From Hyaloraphidium curvatum SAG 235-1 (lineage: Eukaryota > Fungi > Monoblepharomycota): DNA of 64,000 bases. The position numbers were made by a program, and so were the translations under genes. This document shows, piece by piece, positions 54,114 to 64,000 of this stretch. The stretch lies in contig JAIVFI010000003.1 in NCBI GenBank assembly GCA_025558095.1, forward strand, positions 682,001 to 746,000. The letters are read 5' to 3'. The stretch's first letter is position 1, and each line of letters starts with the position of its first letter. The notes under the pieces were generated by a model. It was not told the origin of the DNA, ran no database searches, and saw nothing but the letters and a program-made list of their open reading frames with translations.

Positions 54114-56340
54114 ATGCCTGACGGCGCGATGGCGATGCCAGCTGCGCCGCTGAAGCCGGGCGTGCCCCGCGGGGCGGACGCCGACGAGCGGCTCGACGCG
54201 CGGATCCGCCGGCTCGAGCTGTCGCTGTCGCTGGACAGAATGCTCCCCGCGCTGCCGTCGGCGCGCGTGCACTCCGACCGCCGCGCGCCCGACCGGTGGG
54301 CGACAATCGACGACGACGACGAAGAGGGCGGGCCGGCTGGCCGGGACTCCGACCGCCCGCGCTCGTGGTGGACCGCACTCGTCGGCGGCGGCCGGCTGGC
54401 AAAGGACAGGCCCGCGGCAAACGGCTGCCTCGCATCGGGTGGCAGTCCGAAGAGGCAGGCACGGCCCGGCGAGCGCTCGCCGCCCGCCGGCACCCCCGGC
54501 GCCGATCCCCCGGGGGCCGTGCACCGCTCCGGCTCGGCGCAGCTGCCGCCGTCGCGCAAATGGGCCGGCGACCCGCACAGCCCGCAGATGCCCGCCATCC
54601 TCGTCAACTCGCGCGGCTCCTCGGCCACGGACTTTTCCTCGGGCCGCGCGTCCTACGCCTCCCTGCCCAGCTCGCCGCGCACTGGCACGCTCTCCAACGC
54701 CGCCCTGCAGGCGTTCCGCGGAGACGAGATAAAGAGCCTGTCGGGCCTGACCTTGTTCGGCGACTCGGAGGGCGAGCTCGCCGCCCTGCAGCGCAACCTC
54801 CCCCCGTCCTCCTCGGGCTCCGACCCGCAGCCCTCGGCTGCCCAGCACTCCAAGGGCACCGCCAACGGCAAGGCCCTGCCGCCCAAGCTGGTGCTCAACA
54901 GCGACCTCTCGAGCGGCAAGCTGGCCGCGATAAAGGAGTCGGCTGCCGATGCCGAGGACCGGGAGCGCAACAGCCGGCACCGCGAGGTGGTCGAGCTGCA
55001 GAACGGGACCAGGCCGCTGCCGCCCGAGTTTGTGTCGCAGTACCGCATCGGGGAGCTGCTCGGCGACGGGGCGTTCGGGTTCGTCATGACGGCGACTTGC
55101 CTCAAGACGGGCAAGGAGGTGGGCTGCGGAGCTCTTGTGCAACGCGCTTTTGCTGACGACGATGTGCAGGTCGCGGTCAAGTTCATCCTGCGGGAAAAGA
55201 TCGCCAGCGAGCTGTGGACCGTCGATCCGCGCTTCGGCAGGCTGCCGATGGAGGTGCACGTGCTCAGCAGCCTGGACCACCCCAACATCGTCAAGTACCT
55301 GGGCCATTTTTCCGACGCCGATCGCTTCATCATGGTCACGGAGCTGCACGGGACCCAGTGGCACGCCGACAACCACGAGCTCAACTCGAACCGCAACCCC
55401 GGGCTGCTCAAGGAGACGCCGACGAGCCCGCACCTCGAGGGGTCCGCCGCCGCCGAGTGCTCCCCGCTGCATCGGTTGACCCCGGAGCAGGAGAGGAAGA
55501 TCAAGCGGAGGGTGCCATGCGACCTCTTCCAGTGCATCGACGCACGTGGGTCACCCTGCGCATATGGCAGCCGATCGCGCTCCCTGACTGGCGGACCGCC
55601 GCAGATTCTCGGCTCCTGGATAGCACGTGTCGGTACATCTTTGCCCAGATCGCCCTGGCGGTGCACTACATGCACTCCAAGGGCTTCATCCACCGCGATC
55701 TCAAGGACGAGGTGGGTTGCCTGCCTTGCACAAACTTTAAAGTCTCACCGCAGGGCCCCGCAGAACGTCGTGGTGGACGCGGACTACAACGTCAAGCTGA
55801 TCGACTTTGGCTCCGCGGCCCGCATTCCTCGCACGCCGGACGAGTACTTCACCTACTCCAAGTTCAACGGGACTCTGCACTTTGCCGCGCCGGAAATCTG
55901 CCGGCGGCAGCCGTACCGCGGACCGGAGGCGGAGGTCTGGTAGGTTGCCGCAACCCTGGCTCTGCGAAGCGACAGCCGACGAGTCTCGCAGGTCGCTGGG
56001 TGTGCTGCTCTTCATCATGGTCTTTGCCGAGAGCCCGTTTGCGACGCGGGACGATACCATCAAGGGCCAGTTCCGCTTCCCGCGGTCGGACGTCGATCCA
56101 GGTGAGCTCGTGCATCTGAGGCGTCCGCGTCCCGCCGCTGATACCGCGATCGTTCCGCAGCCTGCGCCGACCTGATCCGCAGGATGCTGACCTACGACGA
56201 GAAGGCCCGGATTACCATTGACGAGGTGGGTCTGCCGCGTCTGCGTTGCACGAGAGACCTGACGGGTCGACGCGCAGATACTTGAGCACGAATGGCTGAA
56301 AACTGACATTGTTTCGTTGCGGAGGAGCGGGAGGCAGTGA
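54114..56340 (+). CDS. Ser/Thr protein kinase, PASK/PIM-like catalytic domain with low-complexity N-terminus
   Basis: LGDGAFGFV, VAVKFI, PMEVHVL, HPNIVKY, ELHG...DLFQCID, HRDLKDE|NVVVD, LIDFGSAA, GTLHFAAPE, PYRGPEAEVW. The start codon is uncertain. Confidence 0.88.
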
Positions 56341-56521
56341 TACCACGGTGATAAGGAGAGAGCTAGCTGCTGAAAATGGTCATCGTTATGTATGTGCTTT
56401 GTGTCAAGAGCTGGGTTGCTGCGAGGGAGGAGCCTGCTGGTGATATGAGCCGGACGACCCTGGCTGCCCCGACCGGACCTCTCCCTGCTGATTCCACCGA
56501 GATTGCGTGCACGATTTCGCG

Positions 56522-58644
56522 ATGCTTCGGCAAACAGGCGCAGGTACCGCTCCTCCTTTACTCTGCGGCGCATCGCGCCCCTAGGCCCCACCCTGACGCG
56601 CCGCCACGCGCCTAGATATGACCCAGGCCACCTCCTTCGTTTTCGAACAAGCGCAGAGGGGTTGGCATTCAAACGGCGGTAAAGCGGACCGCCGGACGTA
56701 TCCGGCCTACATGCGGCGAGGTTGGCTGCCCCGCGGTCTCGGGAACGCGCCACCGCTCATGGGCGCTGCAGAGTCGCCGCAGGTGACCAAGACCAAGATC
56801 GTGGCCACCATCGGACCGGCGTCGTCATCGTTGGACGCGATCGCCCAGTTTGTCGAGGACGGTGTCAACGTCTTCAGGCTGAACCTGAGCCACTGCACCC
56901 ACGAAGTACGGTCCGCCTGGCGTCTGGCGTGGCCGGGGGGCTGACCCCGGAACCCGGCGCAGTTCGCCCGCAAGGTCATTGAGGATCTGCGGTACTACCT
57001 TTCCTCGACCAAGACCGTGGCGGAAGTGGGCGTCTGGATCGACATCAACGGGCCCAAGGTCCGCTCGGGGCCTCTCAGGGACGGGAAGCCGGTGCAGCTC
57101 AAGGCGGGGCAGGACTTCTACGTCGTCAACGACGAAAACACCATCGGGGATGAGACCAGGATCGTGACGACGTACACCAAGAAGCTGCTGGAGATTGGGG
57201 ACAAGATTGGTGGGCTGAACCTGCCTGTGCCGCTTCTTTTGCTCAGCGTCCGCCACCGCGACAGTCATCGACGACGGCATGATCTCGCTCACCGTCCAAG
57301 AGCGCGTGCCGGAGGGAGTGCGCTGCACGGTCGACAACAACGGTGGGGCAGTTTGTTGACTGCCCCTGGGTTCCGGCTGACCCGGTTTGGACTGCAAGGC
57401 GAGCTTGGGGAGTTCAAGGGCATCAACTTCCCGTCCCACGTCCTCGAGGACCTGCCAGCCGTGTCGGAGAAGGATGCCGAGGACCTCAAGTTTGCGCTGG
57501 ACATGGAATGCGACTTCATCAGCGTGTCCTGCATTCGGAACCTGCACGACGTCGAGGAGGTTCGGATGCTGATCGGAAACTCGCGGATAAAGGTCCTTTC
57601 CAAGATCGAAGTGCGTTGGTGGCGGAAACCTGCCCGGGAGTGGTTCTGATCGTGGCTCGGATGCCAGAACGAGCGCAGCTTGGAGAATTTCGAGGCCATC
57701 CTGAGGATCAGCGACGGCATTGTCATTGACCGCGGCTATCTCGGAGCGGAGGTGGACGTCGAGTTCGTCACGACGGCACAGAAGAGGATCATCGCCAGCG
57801 TAGGTGGTTCGCCGGCGAGGTGGTTGCCGGAACTCACGCGCGGAGCGCAGGCAAACGTTTCGGGCAAGCCCGTCTTTGTCAGTAATCAAATGCTCGAGTC
57901 GATGCGGGAGCATCCGCGGCCGAACCGGTCGGAGTCTTCGGATATTGCCAACGCCGTGCTGGACGGGGCGGACGGTTTGGTCCTCAGCGCCGAGACGGCG
58001 GTCGGAAAGTACATCCACGAGAGCGTGCGGATCATGCGGCGGATAGCATGGCACGCCGAGCGCGGCATCAACTACGTAGACTGGCAGGGGAAGCTCATGC
58101 GGACGATCCCGAAGCCGATCGGGGTCTCGGAGAGCATCGCCTCCTCGGCTGTCTTGTGCGCCCGCCAAGTGAACGCCGCGCTCATCATGTGCATCACGGA
58201 GTTTGGCGGGACCGCGCGGCTGATCGCCAAGTACCGGCCAAACATTCCCGTCATCGTCGCGACGCTGGTGCGCCAGACGGCGAGACAGATGGCGTCGTCC
58301 TTTGGGGTCGTCCCGTACTACCACCCCGGCGAACCCGCCAGCATCGTTTACGAGTCGCTCAAGTTCGCCGTGGACCTCGGTTTGTGCCATCCAGGTAGGT
58401 TGTCCGGCGCAAACAGGGGAAGCGAGGCTGATCGGCGGGTCTCCAGGGCAAATCGTCGTAATTACGTCCGGTCAGCACATTGGCTTCGTCGAAGGTACTA
58501 GGAGCGCGTCCGTCACGCCCTACAGGAGCTGATGCCCGCCCTCCAGGGACGACGACGAAGATGCAGGTTCTGACCATTCCAGAGGGCCTTGCCCAGAGCC
58601 CGAATGGAGAACCCAACGGCCATGGCAACGACGGCTCGGACTAA
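56522..58644 (+). CDS. Pyruvate kinase-like protein with divergent active site, multi-exon
   Basis: [91 protein letters not shown] and C domains are all present. Confidence 0.9.
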
Positions 58645-58711
58645 TTCACTCTGGATGTGCTGCTCTGACCCTGAATCCTGGTCATTAAACAATAGATGGC
58701 GCCGCTTGATG

Positions 58712-59301
58712 TCATTGAGGTCCCTTGTTGTGGACATCGTTCTGCCCCTCCCGATTCCTAGCAATCTCGATGGCAAAGAACTGCAACCTCGTTGCAAATG
58801 TGGTGTTGTCCGGGTCATACTCGCCGGCCGCGTTCAAACGCAGCAGGGTGCCGAAGTTGTAGTCCTGAACGCGGTCCTTGTAGCTTTCTATGAATGGCCG
58901 CCACAGCTCTTTCGCCGCAGGAGACTTCAAGTCCTCCTCGTCCAGAACGGCCACGTTGAGATCCGGGAAGGTAGTTCGGAAATCTGGGCCGAGATCGGTC
59001 ACGACAGCGGAGGGTGAGTGGCACTCCCGCACGCACTAGTATAGATGTCGTCGTCCAGACTGCTGAACGTCAGGTACAGGTCATCGGGCCGGGAACAAGC
59101 ACCCACGGAGTCAGCTTCAGCTTCGCGGCCGGCAGACTTGAGAGGAGCTTCATGTATGTCTCCGCGTGTCGAAATGCCTTCTCCGCCCTATCGCACGAGT
59201 CCATCACCGCCACCGGGCCGCTCCGGAACTGCTTCGCACCATTGGCGCTCGATATCGGGGTTGTTCTCGACCGTTTCGGGGTCTATGCTCGAGAGAGACA
59301 T
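58712..59301 (-). CDS. PBDC1: PBDC1/DUF757 (polysaccharide biosynthesis domain-containing) protein, 4 exons
   Basis: NNPDIERQW|AEKAFRHAETYMKLL, DDDIY, FRTTFPDL, LKSPAAKELWRPF, VQDYNFGTLLRL, RLQFFAIEIARNREG. Confidence 0.93.
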
Positions 59302-59465
59302 CGCGTTGAATTGGCGTCTCAGAGGCCGAATTTCCGGCGCTGGACTTGTTGTTTCCGAATTTGATGCACGCTGGTTTTGTCTCGTGCGGGCAAAGGAGGG
59401 CTAGCGGTACGGCTTTCAGCTATTGGACGAACTCTTGGCGTGGGGTCCGGGGACGCAGCCGGTTC

Positions 59466-62400
59466 ATGTCACTCCCGGGCGAGTTGAACGCCCTTCTTGC
59501 GGACCTTTCGAATCCCCCGACGTGCACGCCTGCGCTTCTGGAGCGGATCAGGACATTGCTTAAAGGCCACGGAAAAGAAGATGCCAAGGCCTCTGGTCCC
59601 TCCGGCAGGGTACCGAAGAAGGATGCAGCCAAGGGCCGCCCGAAGGCCCCGAAGGAGGTCGCTCCCTTTGCCATGCGGCTGCTCAACCTGGCAGGAAAGA
59701 GACCAGGGGCGAGTCCGGCTGGCGAAGGGACCGAGACCAAACCCGACCCCTCGCTGGCGGTGGTCCTCGAGGCCGCCGCGGTTGCGGCCGATTTCCTGGC
59801 CCAACACGAAAAGTCGGTCGGCGTGCCAGCATTCAGCATCGAAAGGGCCCTTCTCATGGTGGCCACCAAGGCTTTGGAAGGAGATCTACCAGTCGTCGCT
59901 CACCGCACTCTGCGGACTTTGTGCCAACGGCTCGAGCGGCATGTTTCCGGAAACACGGCGACATCCGACATGGACGCTCTGACGGCGAAGCTAAAGGCGA
60001 CGTCTATTTCGTCGAAAGCAAAGGAGGCTACAAAAGCACGCACGACTGCGCCGGGCGTGTCGAAGCCAGGCAAGCCGTCTCGAGATGTGGCAGACAAAGC
60101 GCCGGCGATGGAGTTCAAGCTTTCCGCCCCAACCGGGCTGATCGCTTCCGATGTTGCGACCCTTGTTCTCGGGTACTACGTGGCTGTCGTTCGCCTCTTG
60201 ATTGTGACGCGTACCGAAGCTTTGCGAACAGTGGCCTATGAGGCCCTTGCGTGGAGCGTCCATCTGAGTGCTTTGGATCCTCAGGCGGGCCCGAAGTATA
60301 CGGACACCCTCTTTCGGACACTGTACCACGCGGACACGGACATTGCAACTTCGCCGGCTGCGTTGCAGAAGCGGGAGCTTGCTCTCGCTTTCGCGGTCGA
60401 GAATCCATCCCTGCAGGGGAGCTTCAACGAGCTCGTCTACAAAGCTTCAGCTGCCACTTTCCAGTCCTTGGTGTCGGGCAAGAAGAGCGACCCCGGCCTC
60501 GTCGGAGCGCTTCTCGCTTTCTTCCGATCCATGTTTGCCCTCTTGTGTGCGAAGCTGCCGGAACCCGAGTACTCCAGCGCTCTGGCTTCCTGGACGGACC
60601 AATACCTTTACCTTCTCCGCAAAGAAGGCCACATGCAAGAGGCAGAGCCTGTGTCGCGGATGGTGTTGGAGGCCGTGAAGCGGACCTTGATCGGGGTGCA
60701 GAATCCCAACGTTCAAGTTGCGGGTCTTTCCCACGAGCTGGATGCTATCTCCGATTGTTTCGAGGAGGCAGATAACCCGAACGTCTCGGTTGGAATCGCC
60801 ATGGAGCTTCACCAACGGTTCCGCCAGCCGCTTCCCGGGGATGCCGACGCAACCTTGACCGAGTCGACCATTCGAAAGTATTTCCGTTCGGCCGACAGAT
60901 TCCGCAGAGTTGGAGCAGCAGCCATTGCGCAATCGAGCAAAGATCCACGACGGAAGGAGGCGCTGGCGGCGGCGGCCGAAACGGCCTTGAAGCTCTGCCT
61001 GCCCCTTGTGGAGTGGTTCACAACGCTGCCCGTTTCGAAGGGCATCGACAGCCCCCAGCTGGAGCTCTTGCTTTTCTCCACTCGACTTGCCGCGGTACAA
61101 GGCGCTGCCGAGTCGGAGTCGCCATCGTCAGCCACCGGTCTGCGCCGAGCATGGGAGCTTGCTAAGAAACGGGGCGCCGTTGACCAGTATCCCAGTTTGT
61201 CAACGGCCATGCACGTGCTTGCGACTGCTGCGTACAAGGAGCGCCGCTATCGCGAAGCGGCCGCACTCATGAAGGACTCTTGCGCCATTCTGCGCGAAGC
61301 GGTGGACAAGGTGGCCGTGCAAACTAGCGACGGCGAGCAGGAGGCGCTTGAAATGCACGTGCTACTTGCCAAACGGATGGAAATGTTCGCCACGTGCATG
61401 CATCTATCTGGGGATCGCAAGGTCGGTCTGCTTGCTGAGCCACCTGTCTTGGCCTAACCCTCGGACGTAACAGGATGCTCTTGACATTCTCAGCGCCGGA
61501 GCTCGAGAATATGTCGAGCACTTGTCCCTGCTGTCTTCGGACCAGTCAGTCTCGCAGGACAACACTCTGGGTGATATCTTCGAACGCTACTGCAAGTGGT
61601 CTCTTCGCGACGAGGTCGTGGACTCGGGCTACGTTCCGCTTGCCCGTATGATGGTCAAAGAAGCACACGGATTGGATGGTCGATTGTATTGTTCGCTCTT
61701 GGAAAGGGAGTTGGCGCTCCTCCAGGTCTCGTTTCCCTCGTCGGTAGCCGCACAGGTCCTGGTCATTGACGAGCTGTTTCCGGTTTGCACATGCACTCGG
61801 CGACGCAGCGAGTAAGTCCACTGCACCGCAACCAAGCGCACGGCTCTGAAATAAACCCACAAAGGTTGCTGCTCGCCCGGACGAGGATCCTGCGGAGGAG
61901 CGATCCCAACGCAGCTTTCACTTCCGTGCAGCAGGCTCTGGACCTCTTGAAGTCCATGGCCGAGACCGAGGACCATATAGAGCTTCTTGCTGCGGCGTAT
62001 CTTCTCAAGGGCTCCATTGTTTGCGAGACCCAAGGCTACGATCCGCAACCTTTCCGCGTGGCTGCATGCCTTTGGGACAGGCTCTTGCCGGAGCCAGTGG
62101 ATCGAAACAGCCTCCAGGACGAGAACCGGGGCAAGAACTCGGATCCGAAGGCGATCGTTCGCGCAGCGCAAGCTCGAAAGGCGGTGAAAAGCGGGGGCAA
62201 AGACAAAGCGTCTCAAGCGAAGCCGGTTGTGCGCCAGGAAGAAAAGCCTCTACCGGCTCGGATCGAAAACGTTGAGCAGGCTTTTGCTGACGCACGTGGG
62301 AGCTAACTCGCCTTCCATGTCTCCACGGTGCTAAGCTTGCTGTGCTTTGCAGGGTATGCCGCGGACTTCTTGGGGACGCAGAATCAACTGCCGGACCGCA

Positions 62401-64000
62401 TTCGCCTCCTTCGCATTTGTCTCCGAATCAATCTGTTCCGCTCTCCGGATAAATCGCTCGTTGCTGGTAAATTATCGCACTCCGTTGACCCCGTATCCTA
62501 CTAATGCTTCGCTTGGTGCCTCCAGAGTCTGTTGCTTTGGAATGCGCGGTTGGGCACTCGTATCTCATGCTCGGGTACACGAAGCAAGCCGGATTAGCCT
62601 ATAACCGAGCAAAGCTCCACGTTGAATCAAATAAGACGGGCGACCCTTTTGTGGACGTGCACTTCTACCTCGGCTACAGCTACTACCTCAGCTGCTTGGG
62701 GAACCTCGACAAGAGGTGAGCTTACGCACTCCGCGGCATTGCCGACGCTCCATGTGCCCTGTTCTTACATTCTGCTCAGCAAAACAATGTTCGACCGCGC
62801 GGCTGCCGTTGCACGGGACTCTCAAGTGTTCGAGGATCTAGAGAGCACGGGGGCCAAGGCGAAGAGGATGAAGCTCCGACGTCTTCTATCTAGCGCTCTA
62901 TACGTGCAGACTTCTCTGCTGTTCGCGCAGGTAAGTCTAAACCCGTGGAAAGCTCAGGCCGAGTATTCATTCGCTGGTGCAGGGACGGATGGCTCCAGCG
63001 CTAAAGAGCACTATCAAGTCCGCGCAGCTGCTCATTGAGCTCGCCGTGAAGGAAGCAAGGCAAGGCTCACAGACCAAGTCTGTGCTGGATTTGAAGTCGA
63101 ACTCTGGCAACGCCGCCCTGGTTGCAAGTATTCGCCACGCCAACTACGAGACCATCATGGTACGCATGCCGCTGGCAGCCACTGATTGCTGGCTCTAAAA
63201 TGAGCTTATCGCAGGAGCTGCTTGGATGCTTGGAAAACCTGGGACAGATGCTCCTCATCCGCGGTTCTCCGGGCGAGGCGGAAGTTTACTTCCGTCGTGG
63301 CCTAGACATCGCGCAAGCGCTAGGCTCCACCTCTCTCTCCGAAAAGTTTGCCTTATGTCTCGCAGAAGCCGATTACCGGCGCCTGCGGCTCGAGGATGCG
63401 GAATCACACCTAAACTCGTTGAGACAGGACGTGGACGTGGTCAGTGCGGCGACTCGTGCCCCCCACTTGAGCTCATTCCAGCTTGTACAGCCGCCCGCGG
63501 ATTTGACGAAGGATGTCGCTTTCCGACACATGCGCCATGGGGATCTCTGCTTCCGCAAGGGCAGTTTGGACTTGGCAGAAGCAGAGTTCGACAAGTCTCG
63601 TGCTGTGCTCGAAATGGTCGCTGCACCGGCTTTTGTGGCAGCACTGGAAAACGCGCCTCCGCCGTGGGATCGGTTTGCTGCTTTCATTCTCGTAGGGTGC
63701 TCATAGGTCGCTCCAGGATCGCTGCAACGCCACGGGAAACTTCTCTGTTGCAATATGCCGTAAAGGCCAGCTCCGTTGGTCGCAAAGTGGCGGAAAGTGG
63801 GTTTGCCGTTGCCATGGATCGTGCGAATCTTACCGGGGTGCCAGATGCGGGCAAGGGTGACAGCTTTCTTCTCTCGTACGTGAAGACGGAGCTGCTGGCC
63901 AGGATCGGTTGGTGGCATCTTGTTCCACGTTGCTTGCCCCTAGCTTACGTGCTGGCAGGGTCTACGGTGATGAAGCAAGGCAAGCTTCGCGAAGCGGAGA
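59466..64000 (+). CDS. Large helical-repeat protein, probably the N-terminal region of separase (Esp1/Cut1), 3'-partial
   Basis: More than 1300 aa of TPR-like helical sequence across many GT-AG introns. The segment LLIRGSPGEAEVYFRRGLDIAQALGS resembles fungal separases. The protease domain is not in this window. Confidence 0.6.

Overview
A 64-kb, GC-rich and very gene-dense eukaryotic window. It holds about 31 protein-coding genes split by short GT-AG introns (mostly ~45-70 nt) with CTRAC/CTAAY-like branch points. The fungal-type proteins, together with genes that budding yeast lacks (CARM1, SDR42E1-like, METAP1D, CNPPD1-like cyclin, SRRM1, UGDH), suggest an early-diverging, chytrid-like fungus; this is an inference. 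Gene order: CLASP-like(+, partial), ASCC2/CUE3(-), orphan(-), PCH2(+), repeat protein(-), CARM1(+), 3-beta-HSD-like(-), UGGT(+), UTP14(-), PWP2(+), SEC23(+), SEC2(-), PP1(-), SRRM1(-), CNPPD1-like cyclin(+), METAP1D(-), GPI-type surface protein(+), FEN1(+), orphan(-), VMA22(+), ALG2(-), SDR(+), PPCDC(-), VTS1(-), UGDH(-), VPS9-domain(+), COQ1(+), PASK-like kinase(+), pyruvate-kinase-like(+), PBDC1(-), separase-like(+, partial). I saw no rRNA, tRNA, CRISPR array or transposon. The most interesting observations are: (1) an intact pyruvate kinase homologue with substituted active-site residues (ARGDLG->DRGYLG, ATQM->SNQM); (2) a protein with ~7 GoLoco-like repeats; (3) a 303-nt SRRM1 intron containing nested splice signals; (4) an RPxS[FYI]HE phospho-motif array in VTS1. 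Gene spans were assembled by eye across introns, so boundaries are approximate and all family assignments come from recognised motifs, not database searches.
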